Source: Macrostomum lignano (taxonomy: Eukaryota). Taken from it: 64,000 bases of DNA. The notes under the pieces are model-generated. The model did no database searches. It was not told the origin of the DNA and saw nothing but the letters and a program-made list of their open reading frames with translations. Where the stretch lies: the NCBI GenBank assembly GCA_002269645.1, contig NIVC01002285.1:1-64000 (forward strand), written 5' to 3'. A program made the position numbers and the translations under genes. This document shows, piece after piece, positions 11,530-22,539 of this stretch; within the stretch, counting starts at the first letter, position 1; each line of letters starts with the position of its first letter.

Positions 11530-12185
11530 AGTGCAATCCTTGGTCAATCAAGTGCAGTAATCCTTGGCTTATCAAGCAAAGTAATCCTTGGTTTATCAAC
11601 ATGCTTGGGCGCAACCTAGGGATTCACCCGGCCATTTCTATTGACAACACACACATGTAAGTTGCTATTGGACGGAATAGTAGTCACGTGACTGCTCTTG
11701 GATGGAATAGTAGTCACGTGACTGCTCTTCGCCAATAGCGACTTACATGTGTGTGTTGCCAATAGAAATGGCCGAGTGATTCCCAAGGTTGCGTATGTGT
11801 TTATCAAGTGCAGTAACTCTTAGTTTATCAAGTACATAATCTGTTGAAATGAACAAGTCATGAGCTGAGAGTATGCAAGACAAGACAAAAGTGCCAAGAG
11901 CACCAACAACCAACGATACAATTTATTATAAGCGAGGTTCAATAGTAGCCACCCCCATCCCATCCCAGGGCTAAAACACCAACAATGTACATTAAAATCA
12001 CGATAGAGCAGAGACGTGCAAAGAGTGAGCCATGGACCATGAGTACACGCACAGAGTTAAAAACACAAACAATACATAGAGTAAAAGCATACCCCAACCT
12101 CACGCACCAGGCCCAACATAATCCTTGGTTTATCAAGTGCAGTAATCCTTGGTCAATCAAGTGCAGTAATCCTTGGTTTATTAAG
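11530..12185. repeat. 24-bp tandem repeat (ATCCTTGGTTTATCAAGTGCAGTA), split into patches
   Basis: Copies at about 11530-11599, 11800-11830 and 12115-12185; interrupted by the MITE at 11600. Confidence 0.7.
11600..11799. mobile_element. Palindromic MITE, copy 2 (inverted vs copy 1), hAT-like
   Basis: CA...TG ends with 8-bp TSD TTTATCAA (11592-11599 and 11800-11807) inside the 24-bp tandem unit; the central GTCACGTGAC unit is duplicated. Confidence 0.75.
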
Positions 12186-13767
12186 CTCATAAAAAGAAAA
12201 TTTCACTACTTTTATACACTTTATATACACAACTAAGATTTGAACCCAGGTTGCTGCATTAGCAGTCCAGTCTGTTCAGCTCTAGGCTAGCTCTCATTGA
12301 AGTTATTATCAGTGAATTTGTAGCACTTATATAATTCAACATTCATACCAAGTCAAATAGAGTAAAAGTCACATTAAGCAGTTATGACATTAAAGTTAAC
12401 AAAATGGTTATGTAATATAAATCAAGTACTGTGCTATGCTTCCACACTCAATGCTGTAACACAATTCAATTCACTGTCAAAATTCAGCCAGTATACAGAC
12501 GATAAATAAAAAGGCTATTATATTGCAATCTATTTTGGAATCATAATTCAACCAGTCAGTTTTTTTTCTAGCATTCTTACAATGCATTTCAAGTCAAAAG
12601 AGCTGCTTGACCTTTGCAAAAAAAGCATGTTTTTAAATATTTAATCCCTTTAGCATTGAGCAATTTCTTAGCCACGTTGCATGTACCATCACGAAAAAAT
12701 TTCTAATCAAACAATGCAAGTTTGAAGAAAATTGGTTGAGCCATTTTTCTAAAACTGATTGAATACCTAGATAGATACCAATAGACCATTTTTAGTATTT
12801 AGAAAATATTATAAATAGCTAAATAATATAGGGCCTATTAAACTAATATCTTAATTATTAATTATTTATATTTATACTTCAATAATTTACCAATAAGATT
12901 AGTTTATAAAATGTAAAATAGATTTTTAAAACTTGAATTACTACAATTTGATCTAATTCATTAAATTTCATTAATCATATGACATTATTCATTAAAATTA
13001 TTCATTAAAACTTCAAGCTCATTTCTATATTCACAAATTATTCTATAATTTATCTAGGAAAAAAGTAAAATAACTATTAAGGAGGTAAAAGGCTGCTAAG
13101 ACTCAGAAATATATAATTAATCAAGCAATTGTAAAAACAATGCTAAGATTAAAAAGACTAAGAATAAAGGAAGGGCTAGATGTCAGTTATTTTAATATAA
13201 AACATATGATAAAATTCTATGCATCAAACTTCATCATAGAAAATACTATGAATGTTTTTATAATTTGCATAGGGCCTACTAACAAATATTTTTTATATTC
13301 AATCTACTGAGCTACATGCTATCAGCATCCTTGAAGCCGAAAAAATTCGTCTTAACTCTAAAGAAACCAGTATAGCTTTGCTAGAGAGTGCCGTGTCAAA
13401 TAATCAGTTTATAACTGTTAAGCTCACTATACCGTAGGCGTAGTGTAGTCTCGAAACGATCATAACGAAGTTTCACAGAACCTACTTTCACAGAATCGCC
13501 GAACGGTTTGAACTTTTGTTTTTTACTCAGAAGAACAAGTTTTCGTTAAAGACATAAGAAAAATACGTTTTTTAGTGATATAAATCAAGAAAAGGGTAAA
13601 TAAAAAATATATAAATAATATGCATATCTTTTTTGTGTAAAGGACTGTTGCTACGATGTTCCTACTATCTTCAAAGTTCAAACAATCAGCATCATTAACT
13701 TATTTTTCTCACCAAAACAATCTGTGAGAAGATATTTGCTTGAAGTTATGACAACTAGCATGTCCTA

Positions 13768-16700
13768 ATGGGAACAAGGACGATCGATGACCTTCTCCTT
13801 ACGCAATACATTAAGGAACTTTCTACAAGTCAGACCATAGTCAAACAATGTGACTCATCGCCGTATAAGCTTCCGCTAAAGCATACAAACATCCTAGCAA
13901 CGCATCGAGGGCTTCTGCCACGCCAGTCGGACAGTAGTCAAGACCCTAAAGATCGTAAGTGCAACAGTGCGAGATCAAGATCTTCAGGTCCGACAGGTAT
14001 TCAACGGAAGACTCGTCTTTCAGTCGCTGGAAACGGATTAACCGAAGGTGAGTCAAAACAAAGGACAAGAAACAAAAGCATCGACAGTGAGGAAATCAAC
14101 GAAGCAGATTTAACCCACGGGAGCCAACGTCGAAGCTCCCATTCAAGGAGCAGAAGAACTAAGTCCAGCGTTCCAGCATACTTGCAAGTTCCTTCCGTTT
14201 ATGTCGTCACTGCCTTTATAAACGGTGATAGAAGCAAAAGTGCTCGTGTTTCGGCGCCAAATTTTGAAAAGCTGCTTGAACAGTGTACCAAAAAGCTCAG
14301 ATTATCTAGTGCTGCTAGGAAGCTGTTCTTGAGTTCTGGAAAAGAAGTTCCGAGAACTGCAACAATTCCAAGAGGAACTGAAATATATGTCTCCGTTGGC
14401 GAAGCTTTTAAAGACCCAGCAAAACTACTAGAGAAGAGACTCAATTTGGGAGCTGATGTCCAATGGACTCTGAACGGCATCAATCTGCCCAGTGACAGGG
14501 AGAGAGAAGCAACCAGACCCGTGTCGACCCCACGCGGCTTGAGTGAACAGGCGACTCGCAGGAGAATACTCATCTTTCCTAATGGAAAAGGAATCAACGG
14601 AATCGAAATACTAGCCAATGTTTCGAATCTTGACGAACTCAAGTACAACTGTACGCTGAAGTTCAACTTTGGTCAGCACATCAAGCGAATTCTTTTAAAT
14701 GATGGAGTTGAAGTAGAGAATATTGAGGCAGACATTCCTGAAATTGATCCTCTGCTGAATAATTCTCATGGCACTCCCCTTTTGGGACCTGTGTGGGCCA
14801 GCAAGGGCGAGGACATCAGCCCAATGGGAGTCGAGGAATACCTCCGGGACGTTATTCGATTCGTAAAACAAAAGAGGAAATTGTCCCGAGACTATCGAAG
14901 CCAGCTCAAATTGGTCTACAACTCGGATGACAGAGAGTCTCTGGCTAAGGACAAGAAGCTGACCGATAAAAAGATTCTGTCGATGACCGACGACGAAATT
15001 CAGTCGGAGTTGGACAAAGAGGGCGACAAGATCAGGCAGTACAATGCTTTCCTGGAGAATCACGAGCTCATGCTCGAGTACGTTGAGCCAGAAGCAAAAA
15101 ATGAGCAAGAAGAGGGAAGCAAATTTACAATGAAGCACATTAGGGCTCTTCCAGAGAACCACTCTCTGGTGTCTGGCAGCCCAGGTCTTCGAGTGATCGT
15201 GTTCATGAATGGCACGGACTCCAATCCTGTCAACGCATTCTTTAACATTCACGAGGCGTCGCGTGGTCTTAAGAAAGACAAAAACCGCAGGCAGATAATT
15301 TTTCAACGCTTTCTGGACAGCTTATCAGCTAATTCTCTGCTAGCCCACAAGAGCAGCAAGTCAAAGGGCATTCTTGTTCGGCGGGTGTTCACTAAGACTG
15401 GAACTGAGATCACGGATGCCATGACAATTGAGCAGGAGCAACAAATCTGGATTTCTCACGGCGAAGACTGGATTGACCCGTTCACCTACTGCCTACAGGC
15501 CGAGATCAGCAAGGTGACCGAGTGGAAGAAAGGAGACCGCAGGTTTGCCATCGTTCGATCCGAGATGCCGCAGATCGATGAGAAGACAACCTGGCGAGCG
15601 CAGCTCGGCGTTCCAGACAACATCGAGCAGCACCTTCTGCCCGAGCCGGAGCCGAGGAACGAAGAGGAGGAAGAGCCTCAGGAAGAGGAGAAGCTACCAG
15701 AGGAATCTGTGCCAGACGATGGTTGCTTCCTGACGAACTCAAAGAATAGGCAACTCTGCCTGTTCGTGGAGCCCGTAGTTGGGACGCAGCGACAGCCAAA
15801 AGAGGCTCCAAACGCTGGTGACGGTGGCGACAAGGCGAAGCACGTGTGGCCGGTGTGGCCTCGAGCGGGCGTTTCTCAGATCTGGGTTGTGCACAAGAGT
15901 GGCCAGATTACCCTGAAGAATTTCAAAATCGCTCTGACCTTGGTCGATGCAGAGATTCAGACCGACTTGCAGGGTGCGACCATGAGAGGCCGGCTCGTTC
16001 AGTTCACTCCTCTGGAAGAAGACCGAGTTCCGGCCGCGCAAAAGTGGGAGTTCGGCAGAGATGGACTGATTTACTCCCAGATGGAGCCAGGTTTTGTGCT
16101 TACGTACCTGGGTGGCTTGTTGGACGAACCCCACACAAGGCCCAAGAATGAGCTGTATGAATCCAGCTTGAACTATCGCAACATGCTAGCCGCCTGTGAG
16201 CCCCTTTCGTCACGTGACGATGTGAGCGGCAAGTTGCGGGAGCAGCTGGATAAGTACCAACGATTCGGCCTGCGCCTTAGCAAGTTCGAAAACTTTAGCA
16301 CCTGGAGGAAGGCCGGCGAGGGCAATGAGAAGTCTGAAAAGCACAAGGATCCCAAATGGAGCAAACTGGCTCTACTCTGGCCAACTGACAAGAATGGTGA
16401 CCTGATTGAGGATCTTGACTGGCCGCTGGAGTGCCACATGCTGGCTTTCGCTCCTCCGCTCAAAGAGTTCAAGCCAGAGACTGAGAGCCCAAAACGATTC
16501 TTTTGCTTGAAAAACGGCGAGAGAAAGGAGCAGTTCGGCGTGTTCGTCACAGCCCCGGACATGACCAACATGAAGAAGCAGAAGAAGCAGGGCAAGAAAA
16601 AGGGTAGCCGGAAGCATCAGGCAGCAAGCAGTCAGGAAGAGACGGATTCATTTGTAGTTGATGACTACATTCACGTTCCCCATTGCTCAGAGATGACTGT

Positions 16701-19700
16701 GCAGCAGGTGGAGTTCAAGATCTTCCTGGAGTGCTGCACCAACCTCCTCGGCCTGTCCTCTGCGGCAAGGCGACTGTTCGATGAGAATGGAATTGAGCAC
16801 GAATCATTGGAGAAGCTTGAAAAAGACCAAAAACTGTACGTCTCCGTTGGCGAGCCGTGGTCGGATCCGAAGTACTCGAAGCAGCAGCTGGAAGCCCGAT
16901 CGATGCTCGTCAAGCTAGCTGAAGATGTTGACAAGATTCGCAGCTTCGTGGCCTTGAAGCAAACTGCGGCACTGGTGATCACAGCCGAAAGTTTGACCGC
17001 CGGCTCGAAGCTCGGCGTGTCCCGGGACCTGCTGACCAAGCGAGAGCGCCGCGCGAAGCAGCTCCAAGAGTCGGAGAGCCCGCCAGATGCGAACTTTGAT
17101 TCCAGCAACGAGGATGAGGATGAAGAGGAGGACGAAGGACTCACTGCTCACCAGCGGGCCTGCCGCCGCAGTGACGCTGAGAAGGTGAGACGCGACGGTC
17201 TGAAGTGGCCGTGGGAGAGAATTGTGAACAACGACTTGGATCAAAGCGCTGATGATAGCGCTGAACGGCAGGCGCCAGACCCGGCGCCGGCGAAAAAACA
17301 TCGTCAAAACAAGAGTTTGAGTCTGAAGCAGTTTGTTCTGGAAGACGGGTTCATCTCGGCTAGAGAAAATTCCAATCTCGTCCTGACTGCCGCTGCCAGC
17401 CCAGACGCTCGCGTCCTTGAAGTGTCACTGGAAAAGCGGGCGCCAGACAATTTATTCCAGCGCTGGCAGCTGAATAACAACGGCTCAATCGCTCTGAAGT
17501 ACCGGCCAGGTAATGTTCTCACAGTCAAGCTGCCCACTGTGACACGATTCTCATCTGAGACAGTCGACATCGAGTCTTCCATGCTGACTGTGCAGCCGCT
17601 GAAGGCATATCAGTTCGGTCGGGCTCACCAGCTGTTCTCCGTTGACAGCCAGCGGTCGACCATCTGCTGCTTTGCGACAAGCGCTTTGGACGTCGCCGTT
17701 ACCTCGGCGAACCAGTCTGGCTGCTGCACCTACTATGTGAGCACCGTTAAGGGCGAGAGCCTCGATCAGCCGGGTTACATAGCCTACCTGGAGACCAGGC
17801 AACAGGAGTCACGAGTTAAGAAATGCTCAGTGTGCGTCTCCTGTGCCAAGTCTCTCCGCGGAAAGTACAAGCTCCAAAAGATCGCCCCGGGCGCCCGGAC
17901 GGACTTTGCCTGCGCGTTTGGCAGGGCCAACGAGCTCGGACTGAAGGAGCGTGGCTCCTTTGCAGTACTCAACGATAAGATTGACCTGGCTGAAGGAGAG
18001 GACAAGGCCACGCTGAAGCGCTGGGAGGATGAGATCCAGGTGCAGCGGAACAAGCTGTCGGTCAAGGCCATTTCTAACCGCCTGTCCGAAGCACAAACTC
18101 CTCGGCCGATCCGCGTCCTGGCTTATCGCAACGGCGAAGGCCGGCTGTGCAAGCCCGTGCCGGTCTACGGCACCAGCCTGCAGGGCATCATGGACCAGTG
18201 CGCTTCAAAGCTGCGCATTTCCTGGGCGGTGCGCAAGCTCTACCTGGAAGACGGAACCCCGGTGCTGGACTTGGACGACCTGCGCAGCTGGTGCGCCACT
18301 CACGCTGAGCAGGTGCGTAGGCGGCAGAAGGAAATCGAAGAAGGCCGCCTGCAGCCGGAGATGGACGAAATTCGAGACGAGGTGGAAAAGTCAGGGACTC
18401 CTAAGGTCGACCCAACACCAGAGAATTCGCCCCGCAGTCCCGAGAAGTCTGTCATCAGTAGACGCGACAGTTTGGAGCCCAGACTCAAGCAGAAATATTT
18501 CGTGATTGGCTCAAACTTTACAACGCCAACTGCCTACACAATGTCCATTAGTCTCTACTCCATTAACTTCCTGGACGAGATCCTACCGCAGGAGAGACTC
18601 GACTCGGGGGACACCGAAATGATTGTGCGGTACAGCATCTTCGGTCAGACGATTTGCACAGACCCGTTCATCAACGAGGAAGCGTTCGAGGGCGAGAAGC
18701 GCGAGATTCAACTCAAATCAGAGCTGCCGATTCTGCGCCGGTTCTTTAAGGAGAAGTTCAGCCTGATGAAGTTCGACCTGGTCCGAATGCCGGAGGAGAC
18801 GGTGCTGGCCACGAGCTACGTTCCCCTGGACACGCTGGTCCGCGAGGAGCACGAGGAGTTCGTCAACTCCACCAAGATCGCGGCCGACTACGCCTGGTAC
18901 AAAAAGTCGGCCGCGAAGCCGAAGGGCCAGAGAACCCACGCGTCGTTGCACGTGGAGATCAGCATCACCGTGTCCATCGACATCGAGGTGGACAATGATG
19001 ACGAAAGCGGAGATGCTGGCGAGTTGAGAGAAGCTCAGGCGATGCCAAGCGAGGCGGCTGCCCCTGCTGACTCTAATACAGCGGAGGAGGCCGGCGCTGA
19101 TCCAGCAGCAGATGCTGCAGAGTCGCTTCAGGCCGAATCCGCGGTGCTGAAGGACGAGCAACCAGCGCCAGACCCACATGAAGTTGTCGTCGAGCTCTGG
19201 GCCTCCACTGGAGAGGCCTTCGTGCCGCTGCACCAGGCTCACAGAGAATTCCGCAAGATGGCTCAACAACGCAAGGACCTGCGCCAGGTTCTCAACAGCA
19301 AGGATGCCGACAAGCACATACTCAAGATGATGCAGGGCCGCCGACTGCAGGCCCAGGAGCCGGGCACGTTTCGGTCAACCACCGACCCCCAGAACCCGGT
19401 AGTCGTTGAGGGCGGCTGGCAGACGCCCAAAGGCGAGGAAGTGATGGTTGAACGCGAGATAAGCGAGCTGGAGGGCAAGGAGGCGAAGATCCGGGAGAAG
19501 CACGCAGCCAAGCAGTCTCAGCCACGCCGTCCCGCGTTCGACTTCGACAGGCAGCTGTACCGACAGTCCAGCATGCTCCGGCTGCGCGTGTTTGTCAACG
19601 GCGAGGATCCGAAGACGGCAACGACAGTCTGGGCTGAGACCATCCACCAGGTTCTGGACACGGCGACAACTCGACTGGGCTTGCGAAAGCCGGCCAAGAT

Positions 19701-20223
19701 TCTCTTCTGCCTCGACGGCAAAGACGTACACGACATCGGGCAGCTGAGCCGGGACCAGCTACTTTGCGTGTCCAGCGGCGAGCCCTTCCAGCCACCCGGG
19801 TCGGCGCTGGAGACCGTGGAGATCAAAGCCAACTGGGGCCGCGCCAAGCGCCAGTACGGCCCCGGCGCCACCAACTTCCACGTGCAGGCGCGCAGCCACC
19901 CCCTGGTCGGCGTGGACCCGTTCGGGCCGCCGCTGCACGGCGCCAACGCGAAGCCGTCGCCACCGCTGGTGCCGATCTACGACAGTCGGCGCGTCCGCGT
20001 CTTCGAGAACGGGCGAGCGGTCGGCGAGCCGGAGAGCGTCTTTGGCGACTCGCTGGAGGCCCTGCTGGCGGCCGCCACCAAGCGACTGAAGCTGCGCAAT
20101 CCGGCCGTCTGCTTCTACAACGAGGAGGGCCACCGGGTGCTCAGCTTCAACGAGATATCGCGCGATGACCTGCTGTACGCGTCCACCACCAACAAGGGCT
20201 TCATCCGGCCGGAGAGGCGCTGA
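13768..20223 (+). CDS. DCDC1: Doublecortin domain-containing protein 1-like (multiple DCX repeats plus ricin-B/beta-trefoil repeats), single exon, 2151 aa
   Basis: Uninterrupted 6456-nt ORF. DCX-type repeats include VTAFINGD...LLEQCTKKLRLSSAARKLFLSSG...IYVSVGEAF and LRVFVNGE...LDTATTRLGL...LCVSSGEPF. QxW motifs (SQIWVVHKSG, QKWEFGRDG, FQRWQLNNNG) match the remembered DCDC1 architecture. Confidence 0.88.
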   Translation: MGTRTIDDLLLTQYIKELSTSQTIVKQCDSSPYKLPLKHTNILATHRGLLPRQSDSSQDPKDRKCNSARSRSSGPTGIQRKTRLSVAGNGLTEGESKQRTRNKSIDSEEINEADLTHGSQRRSSHSRSRRTKSSVPAYLQVPSVYVVTAFINGDRSKSARVSAPNFEKLLEQCTKKLRLSSAARKLFLSSGKEVPRTATIPRGTEIYVSVGEAFKDPAKLLEKRLNLGADVQWTLNGINLPSDREREATRPVSTPRGLSEQATRRRILIFPNGKGINGIEILANVSNLDELKYNCTLKFNFGQHIKRILLNDGVEVENIEADIPEIDPLLNNSHGTPLLGPVWASKGEDISPMGVEEYLRDVIRFVKQKRKLSRDYRSQLKLVYNSDDRESLAKDKKLTDKKILSMTDDEIQSELDKEGDKIRQYNAFLENHELMLEYVEPEAKNEQEEGSKFTMKHIRALPENHSLVSGSPGLRVIVFMNGTDSNPVNAFFNIHEASRGLKKDKNRRQIIFQRFLDSLSANSLLAHKSSKSKGILVRRVFTKTGTEITDAMTIEQEQQIWISHGEDWIDPFTYCLQAEISKVTEWKKGDRRFAIVRSEMPQIDEKTTWRAQLGVPDNIEQHLLPEPEPRNEEEEEPQEEEKLPEESVPDDGCFLTNSKNRQLCLFVEPVVGTQRQPKEAPNAGDGGDKAKHVWPVWPRAGVSQIWVVHKSGQITLKNFKIALTLVDAEIQTDLQGATMRGRLVQFTPLEEDRVPAAQKWEFGRDGLIYSQMEPGFVLTYLGGLLDEPHTRPKNELYESSLNYRNMLAACEPLSSRDDVSGKLREQLDKYQRFGLRLSKFENFSTWRKAGEGNEKSEKHKDPKWSKLALLWPTDKNGDLIEDLDWPLECHMLAFAPPLKEFKPETESPKRFFCLKNGERKEQFGVFVTAPDMTNMKKQKKQGKKKGSRKHQAASSQEETDSFVVDDYIHVPHCSEMTVQQVEFKIFLECCTNLLGLSSAARRLFDENGIEHESLEKLEKDQKLYVSVGEPWSDPKYSKQQLEARSMLVKLAEDVDKIRSFVALKQTAALVITAESLTAGSKLGVSRDLLTKRERRAKQLQESESPPDANFDSSNEDEDEEEDEGLTAHQRACRRSDAEKVRRDGLKWPWERIVNNDLDQSADDSAERQAPDPAPAKKHRQNKSLSLKQFVLEDGFISARENSNLVLTAAASPDARVLEVSLEKRAPDNLFQRWQLNNNGSIALKYRPGNVLTVKLPTVTRFSSETVDIESSMLTVQPLKAYQFGRAHQLFSVDSQRSTICCFATSALDVAVTSANQSGCCTYYVSTVKGESLDQPGYIAYLETRQQESRVKKCSVCVSCAKSLRGKYKLQKIAPGARTDFACAFGRANELGLKERGSFAVLNDKIDLAEGEDKATLKRWEDEIQVQRNKLSVKAISNRLSEAQTPRPIRVLAYRNGEGRLCKPVPVYGTSLQGIMDQCASKLRISWAVRKLYLEDGTPVLDLDDLRSWCATHAEQVRRRQKEIEEGRLQPEMDEIRDEVEKSGTPKVDPTPENSPRSPEKSVISRRDSLEPRLKQKYFVIGSNFTTPTAYTMSISLYSINFLDEILPQERLDSGDTEMIVRYSIFGQTICTDPFINEEAFEGEKREIQLKSELPILRRFFKEKFSLMKFDLVRMPEETVLATSYVPLDTLVREEHEEFVNSTKIAADYAWYKKSAAKPKGQRTHASLHVEISITVSIDIEVDNDDESGDAGELREAQAMPSEAAAPADSNTAEEAGADPAADAAESLQAESAVLKDEQPAPDPHEVVVELWASTGEAFVPLHQAHREFRKMAQQRKDLRQVLNSKDADKHILKMMQGRRLQAQEPGTFRSTTDPQNPVVVEGGWQTPKGEEVMVEREISELEGKEAKIREKHAAKQSQPRRPAFDFDRQLYRQSSMLRLRVFVNGEDPKTATTVWAETIHQVLDTATTRLGLRKPAKILFCLDGKDVHDIGQLSRDQLLCVSSGEPFQPPGSALETVEIKANWGRAKRQYGPGATNFHVQARSHPLVGVDPFGPPLHGANAKPSPPLVPIYDSRRVRVFENGRAVGEPESVFGDSLEALLAAATKRLKLRNPAVCFYNEEGHRVLSFNEISRDDLLYASTTNKGFIRPERR

Positions 20224-21229
20224 GACCCGAGAGCTTCGTCTGTGCACTGCTGTAGACTTGAGCAACTTTTGCAGCGCAAGCATGCAAATTCTTAATTTTA
20301 AATCCGTGCCTATTTCTGATTTGGTGTTTATGACAAATCGATTTTGAATAGTTTTGACAAATATCTAGCATCTAAAGTAGAGCTGGACATTTTTCCTAGA
20401 TTGCAAAAGCTAAGCAAAACCAGGATTTTTGATACGAATGAAGCTTTACTAAACTTTGTTAGAATGTTTACGGTCGTAGTTATTTTGCTGAGTGCAAGAG
20501 AAATCACAACTGTCTTTTTATGTGCCTATTATTTTTGCTTAATCAAATGCCAAAACACGATACTTATGCAAATTTAAACTCAAATTAATTGAAATATTTT
20601 GTTTCTGATTGACTCCCGCGCACAGAATCCCCGCTGCCTGCCTGATTCATCTTCTGGCTGAGATGGGCTTGAGAAAATAAGCAAAGTTTTTCTTGTTTTA
20701 ATCCGTATTGATTGTTTTTAATAATCGCCTCCGATTTTAATATCTAATTAGCAGATTTTTATCGATATTTTTATTGATTTATTGATTGATATTTTTCAAC
20801 AATTTTTCCGTAATAGCTAAATTGGGTGATTTTTACATATCCGATGGAGCACTTGTACAGCCGATTCAAATTGAAATATCATATTAACTCTCTCTTCTGG
20901 CCTGCTATTGTACTACTAGTATGGCAGTAGTAGTATCTCCCGCGCATGGTTTCGCTGTGTGAGCTACTGACTACCCTGCTACTTATGATTGCAGTAGGAC
21001 CCACTGAACCCGTTTGCTGTGGCACCCACCCTGTCTCCCAACTCTGCGCTCTTACACATTTTGGCCTTTTCAAATCCGTCTATCCGTCTCTATCTATCAG
21101 TTTATTAAATATACATTATTGAATACTGCTTCGATGTCACAATGACTTTCTTGGTTTTTTTAAGACTCGAGTCGCATCTTTCAGACAGGCTGCTCAGAAC
21201 AGGGAAATCAGCCCTGCTCCAATGTAGCT

Positions 21230-21600
21230 TATGGCTCATCCTCAGAACGAAAGACTGCCCCAGGCAAGCCTGTGGTGACATCAGCAACGGGCACTGCTTG
21301 AACTCTACCGCAGGGACATCAGGGTGGTGACCATGGCCCTCTCGGTAGATGGCTGCTTTGTCAGGCATCGTCATCTCCAGGGAAAAATCCGTAGCGAGGA
21401 ATGCCCATTCTGCCTCTGGTGTCGAGAATGCGGAGCACTTCATCTGTGAATCTTCACCTTCATCTTCGCCTTTACCCAGGACAGGCTCACCTCCCTCGGC
21501 ACAAACCCGGACCTCTCCGACGTTTTCATGTCCGAGAATCTCTGCCAGCTCGTCCGTCCGCTACCTAAGGGCTACCGGGCGAGCGACCATCCACCTCCTG
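21230..21600 (+). mobile_element. Decayed non-LTR retrotransposon ORF2 3' end (CCHC zinc knuckle)
   Basis: With one frameshift it reads LLELYRRDIRVVTMALS..C..RHRHLQGKIRSEECPFC-SGVENAEHFICE...VRYLRATG, resembling the L.R.D.R.L...LTGH......G...S..CP.C....E..EH.LC.C tail of I/R1/Loa-group LINEs. Confidence 0.5.
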
Positions 21601-22539
21601 GACTCTCCGGAGGGGGACTGCCCTGCGGACACCACCGGAACTCCCTTTCGCAGGAGATTTCATATCTCCTGCGAACACGCCCCGATCGCAGTTGCCTACT
21701 TTCAGTAGCAAGTTCGGCACTGACTGAATAGCACAAAAGTACAAAGTGTCCTAACATTCAATTAGCTAGAAAATGAGCATTGGCGACTCGCTACTACAGT
21801 TGTTTAGCCTCAGTCTCATTCAGCATCTTGCACTTAGGCCTTACCGGAGTAATTAATGGGCTGATGGCGCTCTGATAAAGCCGATATAATCTGCGAATCA
21901 CGTGGCTGCCCGACCCCCCCCCCGTCGCCGCTTCATCAAATTTAGTGACAGAAAGAGGTGATGCTCAGAGTGAGCGGGCCAGAAACAAAGAAGTCCCAAT
22001 CAATCAGACTGATGAACTAGATAAGGAGATATCCAAGCGAGCTCTCGGCACTTCTGTCCAGAGCCGGCGGCAGCAACAGGGGCTGCGCAGGGTCGGCCAG
22101 ACAGCCGCAATCCTCCTTTTCCAGCCTTGAGCCCCGTATAATCCCAGATTGAGAATTTTGAATTAAAAAAAGAAGCAAAAAGGATTAAATTAATATATTA
22201 CTCTATTTGACCTTCACTTGTGACCTTGCTTTATATTTTAATGCTTAAGCATATATGAGCTGAAAACGAATTTCAAACTCAGGGACTGCAGGCTGCTGTA
22301 TCAGCATACGGAGAAGTGCAAATGGAAAGTAGCACGAGACAGATAATAGCAAATGTGATGATGATGGGGAAGGTAAAGCTGGGAGCTGCTCACAGTGCGT
22401 TAAGTCTGAGGGGATGGTCTGACATTGACGGGAAAAATACACAAAAGGTACAAACGATTCAGTTTTTCTGGGTGCACAAAATGAATTGAATAATTTTTTC
22501 TTATAAATGTAATCACATTTTATGGGTTTCAATTTCACT

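Noticed and set aside
14199-20347. Numerous antisense and alternate-frame ORFs within DCDC1
   Set aside because: Expected shadows of a long GC-rich coding sequence.
21945-22130. GC-rich patch that looks exon-like
   Set aside because: Short ORFs on both strands, no homology recognised and no convincing splice partners.
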